A stretch of 63,623 nt of DNA, the filler included, from Intoshia linei (Eukaryota; Animalia; Orthonectida): the NCBI GenBank assembly GCA_001642005.1. It is 5 parts of 5 records of this genome, joined end to end, with 100 filler letters (N's around TTAATTAATTAA, not from the genome) between each part and the next. Parts side by side here need not be neighbours in the genome. Positions count along the whole stretch, not along the records: positions 11,949 to 28,748 come from LWCA01000843.1; positions 28,849 to 47,896 come from LWCA01000765.1; 3 more parts are not named here. One strand, 5' to 3'. Numbering within the stretch: the first letter of the stretch is position 1; every line of letters begins with the position of its first letter. Of this stretch, positions 23,812 to 36,706 are shown one piece after another. The position numbers and the translations under genes were made by a program. The notes under the pieces are model-generated. The model was not told the DNA's origin and did no database searches. It saw only the letters and a list, made by a program, of their open reading frames with translations.

Positions 23812-26236
23812 TATTTAGTATTAAGTGGTTGATTTTTTAATTTAATCAATTTTAAAATCACATGAGTGATTTTGAGCTACAATTGTATATGTTTTAATAA
23901 TCATGATTTATTCAGTTTTTAAGGTTATACTTGGCTCGATAGAGCAATAAAAATAATACTTTGCAATAAATGAAAAATGAAATTTTTGGAAATTTAACCC
24001 AATGGGCACTCTATATTTTATTAACAATTACATGACAATAAAATACAATAAATGTCATTAGTTTTATAAAAAATACCTATCAGTGTAAATATCATCACTG
24101 TACAAATACTTACATGCAAGATAATCATATTTTTTTATTTTAAAGTATTCAAAGTGCGTAGCCAAATTATTTCGATAGTACATTGCAAGTGGCATCTAAA
24201 CATTAATTATATTATTTTAATTTATCAATCAAGATCACTTCCTAGTTATAAGGACGAACTAGGCATAGGGCTACAAACATTAAATTATCCTCAACCCGAA
24301 TTTTTGAGCAAAGGTCAAAATTTGGCTGAAGCGTGTTATTTTTTTTGTTATTTAAAAAATTTTTTGGGCCTCTTTTAGTTTGGGGTCTCTTTATTAAAAA
24401 ATAATAACAGTTTATACACACAATTTTTATTGCAAATTTCAAAATAAATACCTTAAATTTTTATTATAAGTCTGATCTAATGATTTTGATTGATATAATT
24501 AAATTACCCTGAGAAATATTACTTAACCCTAAGCCCTGAGTTGAATTTGAAATAGTCTCAGGGGGAAATAACTCAGTTTGCAATCCTAACTAGGCACCTC
24601 ATATATTTTTCAATATTCATTCTAGCACTTGGCAACATATTTGAGAAACATGGGTGACGCAATATTTCCTCTAAGACTTAGTATAGACAAAGTGATAACG
24701 TATTTTAGTTTATTTAGAATAAATTTTAAGCAGAAAATGTTTGTTGGTCATCATAGATAAGTAGTTTTGGCTTTACATTTAACACCAAATAAACTAAAAT
24801 TGATAATACGTATTTTTCTGACCACTTTATCTAAGGCGATATTCTTTATTAAAAAAAAACACACTTTTGTTTGATGTTGTATTATTACGTTACACTACGT
24901 GATAAAGATTAAGGCTATTGCTTTATTAATTATACTTGACGATAAAAATCTGGCTCAAAATAAAAATAAATAATAAAGAATAAAAATTTTCCATTTTTAA
25001 CTTGAACCACGGTCTTGCTCTCCTCATTAAAGGTTTCTAATATGTTCGACTCAAACTTTTTAAGTAGCGATTAATTTACTTACTTTATTTGTTTTAAATG
25101 TTTATTTAATTTTTTAAATTATAGATCATATCTACAGCCTAATTAACATTTTTTGGATGCGTTTGTTTCATAAATTTAAAATAATCTGGAGACCAAACTA
25201 CATTAAAATTCCTTTGCTCAATAAACATAATATTATTGCATATTTTAAACAAAACTATAATATACTGCATGTTCCTTTGAAAGGAAAAACTAGTCTTTAA
25301 AATTTAAGTCAAGATAAACTTAATAGTTTAACACTGCAAATTTAAATGAATTTGATTTATAGTTGTGAAAAATGCAAAATCATTTAACCATACATTTATA
25401 CATAATTTAATACATACATTTGTATATGAAAATCTTGTAGAATCTATCAACTTTGTTCGGTTAAATTCTAACTTAAAATAAACTTGCTAAAATTTCAAAT
25501 GTAATCCTTTTTATATCAAGAAAATATTTTATAAACAAAAATTACCTCCGTGTTCACGGCAGTCTCCGAATCGAGGTATTCGTCTGATATAAAATGTGTC
25601 ATTTTCCCCCAAATATGAATATTTTTAATGTTTACAATTTGCAACGTATCCAACTTGAATAATTTTGATGCTAATAGTAAACACTATCCGATTTGGCAAG
25701 CAGTGTCTACGTTGTTTTTATAACAACGATTATATTAAACCATTTAGTTACATTATAAACTAATTAAGTATAAAATTATGACCCACAAAATGTTGTAATG
25801 CATAATTTTTGTAAAGTAATTTATGTCACCGTACACACGCAGTAGTTAATACCTACACCTTGATACTAATAAACAATTTTATTTAAAAACAATACGGTAT
25901 TATGGTTGTGATTATAGCGTAAAGATATATATTATATCACTATTTTTCCAGAAAATTATACAATTTTAAAAAAACTAGATCGGAAAGTAACACCTTTATT
26001 AATGATTTTAAGTATAAATCAATAAAATATACTACATTTTAAATGACATCTGTTGAAAAACAGATTCTTACCAAAACAATTTTTCAAAACTCATATTTAT
26101 TTTTTACTCTAGTTTTTATATGAATGACTCATGTTCCAGTTGTATTATGTAGTGATACTACTTAATAGGTGTTCTATTTTAGAGAAAATATTATTAATTA
26201 TAATAATAATCGTTTAAACTTAAAACTTTAAACTAA

Positions 26237-26382
26237 AGTAAAGTGGCCAGAAAAAAACGTACTATCAATTTAGTTTATTTGGTAATAAATGTAAAGCCAA
26301 AACTATTTATCTATGATAACAAATAAAAGTTTATTCCAAATAAACTAAAAGTGATAGTACGTATTTTTCTGGCCACTTTACT
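26237..26382. mobile_element. Hairpin MITE with ~50-bp TIRs (Kolobok-like)
   Basis: CTAA|AGTAAAGTGGCCAGAAAAA..CGTACTATCA..TTAGTTTATTTGG ... CCAAATAAACTAA..TGATAGTACG..TTTTTCTGGCCACTTTACT|TTAA. Related copies lie at about 22310-22415 and 24680-24835. Confidence 0.75.
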
Positions 26383-26439
26383 TTAAATGGTGTAGTAGCA
26401 CTTTTATTTTATATTTGTGAGTTTGCGTAACAAAAAATT

Positions 26440-28178
26440 TTTTACTTTTTTATTTATATAAAAATGAATGTATGTCTGTGTTAGCGTTTATTTAAAAAAT
26501 TGACAGTCGTAGAATTTAAAAAACCCATTGTCTAATACAGTTTTTGTCAGAACGTGTTTATATGTATTTGGTAGTTTCCTAATTTGAGTCTTTCACGGTC
26601 ATAAAAAAAGGGTCAATTTTCCCTGTAGTTTAAAAATTAAATAAAACATACATTCTGGGACGTGTTTTTAAATCATTAACATTGTAGTAAATCTCAGCCT
26701 AAAATTAAAATCAGCCCATAATGTTATAAAACATAAAATCTGGGATATATTTTTTAAAATCAAAAGCATTGTCATAAATTGCAACTTCTAAAAAGATTAT
26801 TTTCACGATAAAAACCCCAGATTACCCTTTTTTTAAATGAAAACAGTCCTATAATTTAAAAAAAATTACATATAATACAATTATATCCTGTTAACACACA
26901 CATCTGCGGATATTCTATATCGACCTTTAGTAATTATATTTCCGGTAGCAGAAAATAACCTCTCTGACTCACTATAGTAAGTTTAATACTTCTCAGTGCG
27001 GGTATATCTTTTTTATATTATCTGTCCTCATTACTTATCTTTTGAAAATTGACAATTCACCTAATAATGTTTTTAACATTTTTTGTGTATTATCTGGATA
27101 TAATTGTGTCATTGTAATCTTTTTTAAATTCTAGAACTATTTTCATTTTGAAAAAAATTTAATCTTGACTTTTGATCGTGAAAAGCACTTTTTTGGATTT
27201 GCTATTTATGATAATGTTTATGATTTTAAAACTTATCCCACAATTTATGTTGCATTCATTATAGAACTTTTATCATTTTTACTAAAAATAATACTTTAGT
27301 TATATTATATACTAATACACTAACTTGGCTGTTTTGTACTTCGTAGAAAAAGCACTTAGCTTGCCGAGGGCGGACTATTTTAATTTTACCAAAAAAATAA
27401 AATCGTACATAAAAATACCACTATTCACTATTACCAATATTTTAAAGGAATAGTTCCCACACGTGTAAAGACAATCTTTTATTTGTAAATTTTAGGATCG
27501 TTATAATTAAAACATTAAAAACATTATCACTATTATTTTTCAAAGGTAATGCATAGATTTCTGGGGTTGAAATTTTGAATTTATATCAAATGAAATAAGC
27601 TCTATCAGAATAATCTTTTTTTTAATTGTAGGACCCTTAATTGTTTCAAATATTTTGTTTTAATAAAAGTTTCGAAATAAAAAAAAATGAGTATTAAAGT
27701 ACTTTTATACCGTGAAGGCGTCACTTATTCAGTTTGAAATTTTTTGTGTGTATTAACAGGATACAATTGTACCATCTGTAATTTTTGTAAAATTTTAAAA
27801 CTTTTCATTTTAAAAAAAATGGTACTCTCTGGTTTTCATCGTGAAAATTTTCTTTTTTGAGGTTTCCTTTTATGATAATGTTTATGATTTTTAAAACTAT
27901 CCCAGAATGTATGATTTAAAAAAAATTTAGCACATGTTTTATTTTTAAAACAAGGGGTAATTTCGGGTTTTCATACTGAAGGTATGCGTTTCTGAGGTTG
28001 AGATTAACGACAATATTAATACTTTTAAAATGCGTTCCAGCATGTATTATTTATTAAATTTTTGGGCTGATTTTTTTTTAAAGGGTTAATTATGTTTTTT
28101 TAAATCCTACGACTGTAAATTTTTTCAATGAATTACACACAGACACACACCGACGTTCATTTTTATATAAGTAAAGGA
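26440..28178. repeat. Two oppositely oriented copies of the Helitron-like family forming a long imperfect inverted repeat
   Basis: TTATATAAAAATGAATGT...GACAGTCGTAGAATTT near 26.45-26.52 kb is reverse-complemented at 28.10-28.18 kb. Blocks at 26.7-26.9 kb are reverse-complemented at 27.08-27.25 and 27.74-27.92 kb. Confidence 0.75.
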
Positions 28179-28748
28179 TTCATTAATAACTAATGAATTT
28201 ATTAATAAAATTTCATTTTACAAAACCACAAGCAGATAATAATGCATTAGAAATAAATGTCAAAAACCGGATATCGCGAATCATCCTTATATAATATAAT
28301 TAGAGTCGACATTTTATAGCTCTAAAAATTCGATGATAATGCTAATTTTATTGACTTTATACAATTGTGAGCCTGTAATTTTGCACGAAATTATAAATGC
28401 TAGAAAGTAGTTTTTAAGTCAATAAGTTGCGTTGATAGTGCTATTTTTTTCATTTTAAATTCTAGAAATGCACGCATTTAAATTGCATTTAAGCACTTAT
28501 GCATTTATGCAAAATTTGCACTAACCAATTTATTTTTTACATAATAAAAATTGTGAGTGCAATAACTAAGTCACTTTTTGTGATTTAAGTTTATTTTACT
28601 TAATTTTATTACTACTCCATTTAAAATTAAAATCTTTATGTACTGAATATCCATCCGAATTTACTATGATAAAAAGCAAATTATTTTGAAATAGATGTAG
28701 TAAAATTATTAAATGCGAAAAAAAATTTCACGTGGATTCTCATAGAAA

Positions 28749-28848
28749 NNNNNNNNNNNNNNNNNNNNNNNNNNNNNNNNNNNNNNNNNNNNTTAATTAA
28801 TTAANNNNNNNNNNNNNNNNNNNNNNNNNNNNNNNNNNNNNNNNNNNN
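28749..28848. other. Scaffold gap with artificial spacer
   Basis: 44 N + TTAATTAATTAA + 44 N. Confidence 0.98.
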
Positions 28849-28981
28849 ATTAATGTCGAAAATGATATTTCACAAGGTTCAATGGTCATTATTATACCGT
28901 TTAATTCAACAAAATATGAAAATATTTCAGAAACACAAAAGAAGAAAGAAGTAATAATTAAAGATAATTTCATTTGCTAAC

Positions 28982-29158
28982 AATATTCTTAAAACGATTA
29001 ATGCTATTGAGGGCTTCCATACTATATTCAAAAAATCATTTAATTTCTCATATTACAGCAAAGGCAACATGTATAATGCTTTAAAAAATGCAGAGGAATT
29101 TATACGACAGAAGTGTGAAAGGACATTATTAAACCAGAAGCTTCAGAATATGGTCTAG
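28982..29158 (+). mobile_element. MULE (Mutator-like) transposase C-terminal fragment
   Basis: NILKTINAIEGFHTIFKKSF...NALKNAEE resembles the MULE RTNNxxEGWHxxF...LK.EE motif. Confidence 0.5.
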
Positions 29159-29271
29159 GATACCATTTCCTGTATGTCACTGATCGAGGATCTAGATCTA
29201 TTTAATTTTACATGTTAATGTAAATATTATTTTTTAATAGCTAGAGAACGGCTCTTATAATAATTAAATAC

Positions 29272-30979
29272 CCATAAGTTTCCAAGGAAGATACAAAAAT
29301 ATTGTTCATGGGTTTACACGGATCTGGACCATAGGGAGTTTTAGGTATGCCAGCTGAACTTTCATGTAGATTCCATTGGATATAACTTCCATGGACTGTA
29401 GACATTATGAATGATTTTCCAGAAGGGTTCCAGCAAATATCTTGTAATTCCTTGAATTAAATCAATATAATAATTTGTTAGTTAAATGAATAAAAAACCT
29501 CTTCATGAGTAAAAGAATACAACAATATATCGTTTTCAATGTTGTATATAACAATAAGAGATCTACTAAACGCAATAATCCACTAAAATAATAAATTATT
29601 ATAAAATTTATTTTAAAAATTTAAATGTAACCTTTTCACTGTCACAGGGACAGACGGTAATTTTTTGAATGCGCCTGTAATTCATTTGAGACTTTATGTT
29701 TACAATGGAGTGTATTTTAGAAAAAAAAATGTCTTTTTTGACGATACGATTAAGTTGTGGCAAACCAAGAAAACAAACATTACCTAAATCAGTTCCACAT
29801 ATAACAAACGATGCGTTCATTACAGAAAAACATGTTATAATAAATTCTCTAAAATTTAATGTAATTTATATTCCGAAAAACCAACTCTTTATTAATTTTT
29901 GAAAAAATAATCATTTTAATGGACCGATTTGAGGTCAATTTCCATAAAGTGAGCATATTATCGTTTGTCAGGCAGATTAAAATGCCCTAAACCGTTGAAT
30001 TATATAGAATTGCATGATAAAAATATTTCAATTTTTTTTTGCTAAACTACAAAGCATAACACAACCAACAGAGCCGAATATACTAAGCTCGAGGCCACGG
30101 AAAATAAAAAATAACTCTTAAAAAAAATTTCACAGACAATACGTGTATCATATAGCCCTAGTCACCTCTCTAAGGCTTTTGACTTGACATTTTAGATTTA
30201 ATACACAAAATAGTTATGATATTCAAGAATACAATTTTTTAATACTTAATTTGGAGAAATGATAGCAATGAAAATGAAAATCCCATTTTTAAAAAAATTT
30301 CGTCGGTATCTTCGAAGAGGTTTCCTGGAACGGTATTTTATTATTTGGTAAAATTAAAAAATTTCACCCTCGGCAAAGATGAGTGCATTTTGAACAAAGT
30401 ACAAAACAGTCAAGCTAGTTGAGTTATATTTGTAAAGCATTTTGGAAATATTGAAAAACAATTCTATAAAAATCAAAAATAAAACCTTTCCCAAGATGAA
30501 TTCAAGTTTAACAATTTCAATATCATAGCTAAATTGACCATAATAACAAACTCCAGGTTTTCCATATCTATTTGATAGTAATTAAAATACTAACACAGTC
30601 GACATTCTAAAAGAGTTTATTTTTTGAAAAATTCTACTTTTCGATAGAAATTTGACTAAATTAACATCCAAAAGTAACCAATTTTCATCATCAATTAGAA
30701 AAATATTCCTTTGAGAACGTCGGATTCATAGTAATTAACAGGTAATGTAAAAAGGTACTTACACTCGAATAAGGCCAAAACTAGTACCAATAGCTAAAAG
30801 GTGACATTTAGAATCATAACAAATTGCAGAAGGTTTATGCGGAAATCCCAATGGATTACTCTGAAATAAATATTAATAATAAATGAAAAAATAGAAACCC
30901 ATTTCAATTTAAACATATCATTTCGCTTTTCCGTTCTAGTATCTTTTCGTAAATTATTTTTACGGAAAATTTTAAACAT
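29272..30979 (-). CDS. LLGL: Lethal(2) giant larvae-like WD40 protein, N-terminal exons only
   Basis: Splices to MFKIFRK...MFKLKW|SNPLGFPHKPSAICYDSKCHLLAIGTSFGLIR..|.GKPGV...|GILICLTNDNMLTLWKL...CGTDLGNV...PYGPDPCKPMNNI, matching LGL/tomosyn HGFP.QPSALA.DP...AIGT.SG, YG.PGV and PYGPFPCKAI. The N-terminus looks more like LGL than tomosyn. Confidence 0.85.
30069..30340 (+). repeat. Dispersed repeat family beginning CAGAGCCGAA (probable hAT-type MITE end), in an LGL intron
   Basis: CAGAGCCGAA...GAGGCCAC...TATAGCCCTAGTCA...TTGACATTTT recurs at about 36990, 41035, 45362 and 45459, and reversed at about 35130-35345. Confidence 0.65.
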
Positions 30980-31392
30980 TTAAATTTGAACCGACAAAAC
31001 GCGATAGATGCTTTATCGACTTAAATATTTAAGTTTAGTTTATTCTCGGTTCACTACAGACGAATTCCTTTGTATTACAAACCTAGTTTAATTAATGACA
31101 AACTTTATTGAGGTTGTGCAATGTTATTTTTATTTATAAAAATTCATATGAATTATAATTCATTAATTTCAATCGAATCAATTTCAATTTAATTTGTAAG
31201 GTAACAGGAAAATATGAATAAATGAACATTCGATTTATACTTATTTTAAATCATGTATATGAAGTCAGGTAACGAAATTTGAAAGTTTAATTTTTTGTAA
31301 ACATTCCAACACTCGACATTCTAAAATTTAAAAAAAGTTAAATTAATTAATAAAATTAAATATTAACAGTTTGTAAATGATAACATGTTTAA

Positions 31393-31827
31393 TTATGACT
31401 TGTTAAACAATAAAATTTTTTGTCTGACGCTACAATTACGATTAAAGTCACGTGGAGTACGGTTATCAATATATTTATCCTTTGGAGTAATAAGATCAAT
31501 AAATTTAGATTTTGAATTTTCATTTTTACCAACGTGTTGATGAGAATTTAGTGTGTTAATATTGGATACTTTCCACCTTTTGTATTCAATTTTTGTGGTA
31601 TACTTTTTGTCCGACAAATTAATACAACTCTTGCTTTTATATGACAATTTACAATGCAAGTTGGATTCAGATTTAGTTGATGTGTCGTTTACCGAATAAC
31701 CGTTAAATTTGCTAATTAATTTAGAAATTACATTATTTTTTGATTTGTATTGGTATTTCCCAAATGAATTACAAAAATCCTTTAACGTCATCAATTTCAT
31801 GTCTTTTACATTTTTATCCTTTTTCAT
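31393..31827 (-). CDS. Hypothetical basic Lys/Ser/Asn-rich protein (or terminal exon)
   Basis: A 144-codon ATG ORF is long for this AT content and has hydrophilic composition. It ends SVRQKILLFNKS. No domain recognised. Confidence 0.4.
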   Translation of the reverse strand: MKKDKNVKDMKLMTLKDFCNSFGKYQYKSKNNVISKLISKFNGYSVNDTSTKSESNLHCKLSYKSKSCINLSDKKYTTKIEYKRWKVSNINTLNSHQHVGKNENSKSKFIDLITPKDKYIDNRTPRDFNRNCSVRQKILLFNKS

Positions 31828-33064
31828 TGTAAAAATTTTAAAATCGATATGTTGCAGTTTTATTTTTACCTATATGAATAAACTCAACAGACTGTTAAAT
31901 CTTACAAATTATAACTTATTTTTCAACAACATTTTTGAGTTGTGTTAATTGAATCGTTCAAAATTTCATGGAAATAAATTAGAAAAATTGTCATTTTACC
32001 AAATTATATTATTAAAATAGTCTTGCCTCATTAGTACAAATGTTTATCATAATAAAAATGTACTTTATAATTATAAAATACATTACAAAAACCGTTAAAT
32101 GGTTAAATTGTTCAATAATTTACATAATGTAAATTGTACAATGTACATAATTATATAAGTCAGTATTGATCAGCATTTGTATAGTCAATATTGGAAGAAG
32201 GAATTTCATGTAACGAGGCCACGAGTAGATCAAGTACAGTAAAATATCCAATTAAAAAAATTGAATAAAAGTAAACCTTACACGTTAAGTGTTAAAATTG
32301 TCTACCTATAGTTTTAAGAGTAAATTTACATTTTAATTATTACGATTTACACAGAATTATATTTTTGAATGCATTTGTTTGTTTAAATTAAGCTACATTC
32401 ATATTGAACAGGTTTGACTGTATATTAATTAAATTTCAAAAAAATATTCACAAATACTTATAATTTCGAATATAAAATAAAAAAATAACATTTTTAGTAT
32501 TATTTGATAAAGAAATATAAAGGCAAAGTATTTAACATTTAATGGTTATGAAGTAGAGTCAGACTCGAGTATAAGAAACACTAAAATTTCAAGAATTATC
32601 ATGTTGACTATTAAAAAAATAAAATCAAACAACTAACAATATGAAATTTTAAATTTTATTACTTCCTAATCATATAATCAATGTTTGAGGGTTCTTCTTT
32701 TTTTAAATTCGTATATATAATTTGTTTTATAGCAAATATCTATCCAATTTTTTCATGAATGATTTCAGTAAAAATATTTTCCAGATTATTAATGTGCATA
32801 ATTGCCTCATCGTACGTAATTCCATGTGTTGAGGATATATGGTTCGATTTTTCAGAAGCAGAATTTTCATCATTATTGGAATCAATTACTATACATTCCT
32901 TGTTAATAATGTTGTTTATTATGAATTCTCTTGGTTCACATCATCACATGAAACAGTGGTTCCCAAATTTTTTCCACCGTAGATGACTTGTAAAAAAATG
33001 TATGTGAACCACACAATTTTTTTTAAAAATCGTTTTAATCCTGAACAAGTCATTAATGTAACAC

Positions 33065-33668
33065 CAGTGGCGTAGCGTGACTTTTCTCACAAGGTGTTCG
33101 GGAATGGTTCCTTGGTAACATAAAATTTTTAAATAAAGTTAAAATTAATACCGAAATATAAAGAAATGTTCATAAGGGGTCGCGAATACAGAAAATTTGA
33201 AAACCACTTCTATAAAGTATGCTTGAAAGATAACTTGTATATGATATGAATTTAATTTGTTTCATTCTTGTAAATAAAATTTTTGACCATTTAGAAATAG
33301 AATACTGTATTTAAATTAAAGTCTAAATCTATATCTAAGTTTAAGTTGTTTATTTTATTTTCAACACATCTTGAGTAAAATTTGACAATGTAAATCTATA
33401 GAAAATATTTATCCAATTTTTACGATGTACAAATTTATTCTAATTGAAATTTATTATGAGTTTAAAATTTTGTACTGATGTTTTTTAAAGATAGATTTTA
33501 ACAGATAATTTATTATTAACATTATATATGAATATCGAATATGAACTATGATGTGATATTGAACTTAAATTATAAAAATTATGTTACTTATTAAATATAA
33601 TTTTTTTAAATTTTAAATTGTCTAGGGTGTTCAGGGAACACCTTGCACACTATGACGCTACGCCACTG
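33065..33668. mobile_element. hAT MITE with an exact 8-bp TSD
   Basis: TGTAACAC|CAGTGGCGTAGCGT ... ACGCTACGCCACTG|TGTAACAC. Confidence 0.93.
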
Positions 33669-33792
33669 TGTAACACTTGTATGTTTTTATTATATATTTC
33701 TACTTAAAATTTAAATTAATTCAAAAATTTTACATTAATTTTGAAGTGGCAGCTTTATGTCGTAATTAAAAAAATTATTCATTTCAAACATA

Positions 33793-35075
33793 CAGTGCCA
33801 GTCAAAAGTCTTGGACCCCCAACAGAATGATAGATTTTGTTGGATAGCACAAAAACTAAGTAAATCGTTTTTAGAAATTTAAAAACCATTATGTATTCAA
33901 ATAAATATTTTATTGAAAAATATATCACTATTTTCACAGTTACTTTCAATATGTATCTATTTAAATTATAAAGTTATTATTTAAATATATCATCGGTCAA
34001 AAGTCTTGAACCCCCTAACAATTTTTGTAAAAATAAGCATAAATTTAAAAATCACACATCATAAAAAACAAGCATACAATTGAAAATCACAATTTTTTTT
34101 TAAATGTACATATTCTGATTTTGTAATATTATTTATTATAAATTGTATTTTATTTTAAACATTAGACATAATGACTAGCATATCATTAATAATTAAAAAT
34201 AAAATTGAAATCCACAAAGGAGGAATTTTCAAGCACAAAATAGCTAAAGACCTGAAATTTCAAGGCATTCTGTTATCAAAATAATTAAAAAATACAATAG
34301 TATACATTGTATACTTACCAAGTTAAACCAATGTGGGACCGTCCTTCTATACTATCTATACCAGATGAACGTCTTTTATGCGACGAGTCTCGAAAATTTC
34401 CTAGTAAAACTGCATCTAATGTGAAAAGAGACTAATTTGGATCATCTGTGACCATATCCATAGAAACAGTGAGAAGATATCTTGACAAAAACAACCTATT
34501 CGGAACAATATCTGCTAAAAAAACATTATTATCGAAGCGTAATATAATAAAAATATTGTTATGGTGTCGATTACATTTGGCATGGAGTGATTTGGATTGG
34601 TTCAAGGTTATATTTACCGATGAAAGCAAAATCCAACTAATATCCACCACAAACTCGTACGTAAGAAATCCTAAAGGTAAAAGATTTGTATAAGACTTAT
34701 GAATGGTTGCATTAGATGAATGGAATAAAATACCAAATTCATATATACAAAAGTATTCCAAGAAAAATCAAGTCCATTTTCACTTAAAAAGAATTACATA
34801 CTAAATATTAAACAATTAATTTTCATCAAGCTTTAAAAAATGAATATAATTCAAAGGGGTCCAAGATATTTTTATCTAAAATTATTGGTAATTATTCTTT
34901 AATTGAAATTTAATACAATTAATAATTTTTGTTATATTTCATAATTAAGTAAACTATTACATTTATTCCCCCTTGTATTGGTGTTTTTAAAATTTTATAA
35001 AAAACATGATTAATTTTTGTGCTATCTAAGAAAATATATCATTGTTGGGGGTTCAAGATTTTTTTACCCGCACTG
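33793..35075 (+). mobile_element. Tc1-like IR/DR transposon, internally deleted
   Basis: TA|CAGTGCCAGTCAAAAGTCTTGGACCCCCAACA ... TGTTGGGGGTTCAAGATTTTTTTACCCGCACTG|TA, with inner repeats at about 33995 and 34855. Transposase remnant ISIETVRRYL...WFKVIFTDESKI. Confidence 0.92.
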
Positions 35076-36706
35076 TACTTATACATATATAATAAACAAA
35101 CTACCAGTGTCAAACCTACCGTATACGAGATTCGCCTTCTGAGGGATCTCAATGAATTTTTTTAAAATGGAGGCATCAATTTACTAAATTGAGCATTAAA
35201 AAATTCTTGATTATCATAAATAATTTTTATATTAAATTTAAAACGTCAACTCAAGAGTCTTAGAAAGGTGGATAGGGTTATATGACACTACAATTCGTTT
35301 GCGAAATTTTTTAAAGTTCGGCTCTGGGATCGACTATCCAACTAATTTAAATTGTTAATTAGATTAAATTTAAGGCACGTCAGAATTATTAACGCTATTC
35401 ACTGAAACTTTCCTTCATTTTGATAAAATGTTTACGTTCATTAATAATAATAATAAATGATCGATAATGAATATTCTAATTTAATTTTATTTAAAATTTT
35501 TTTTGTGGGCCACCTAAAATTTCCTATGGACCATTTTCGAAACCACTGATTATTATGGATTCTTATTATTATTATTAACATATTATGGAATATAGTGAAT
35601 ATCATCGATATTTTTATTTCATTATTGTTCGATATTAACATAGCTGAACAAATTTATATCAAATTTTGATAATTATCAAGTTATAATTCAATTGATTTTC
35701 TATAACAATTTATAATTATAATAGTATCACCCTTAACAGAATTCCATGCTTAATATTGCATCAATTAATTTAATTTTTTTAACACAGGTATCATAATCAA
35801 TATCTGATTCTTCAGAGAATTCGAAGAAAAGTTTTCGATATTCCAATAAAAAGTGCATCAGCCTTTTCTCTGATCATAGACACACAAAATAAAACTGTTA
35901 CTTGTTTTACTACAAATATTAAGATTTCAGAATTGGCTATAGTTTTGTTAGATCTCCGTTTATAGTATAATCCAGTTTCATCACAATTCTATACATTATT
36001 TGGCTTATATTCAGAAATTTTCTTATTATATAATTCAAAAAAGAATTTGGAAAGTTTGGTATATTCTCTCTCGGTATACGACATCAATTAGTTCGACAAT
36101 AATAAAAAAGTTCGTAATAATTTAGGAGATAATCTCTACAAAAATTTTAATTATATTTTTTTAATTTGGGTTCAAAAAGGGTTGAGAATACCTGGATTAA
36201 CATTGAATAATTTTAAAATAAGTATGAAATAAAAAATTTAATTAAAAAAATTAAAATATGATTTCAATTCAAGGAATATTTAATATAGAATCGCTTTTCT
36301 TTGAGAAAAAATTATATCTAAAGTAACATTTATTTAAAAATAATTAACAATTCATCTCAATGTAAATTCATTCAGAATTCCAAGGTACAAAAGATGAAAA
36401 TAGTAGGTCTGTCAAAAGGTCAGATGACAATTGTAGACACTACACACAAATAAAAACAATTTGCCTAATTTGACCGTTACATTTTCCATGTTTCACTTTT
36501 TAAATTACATTTTCATATAATATTATACCCTAAAAAATTTTTGCTGAAATGAATATTGATCTAGAGGACCTAAAGACTATTTCATACTAAAAATTAGTAT
36601 TGGCTATATCTAAACTAGAATTTTAATTAAAAAGTCTCTTTGCACCCGAAAAAAAATTGAAATTTTTTTTATGAATCTAAATAAACAATTGTAAGTAAAA
36701 ATACCA

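Larger units (their letters stand above)
32740..36060 (-). mobile_element. Fragmented pogo/Tigger transposase split by younger insertions
   Basis: Minus-strand remnants: EYKPNNV*NCDETGLYYK...VTVLFCVSM..EK....IG.SK (about 35.84-36.02 kb), AWNSVKGDTI/NCYRKS (about 35.70-35.75 kb) and an acidic C-terminal ITYDEAIMHINNL segment (about 32.74-32.93 kb). Confidence 0.7.
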
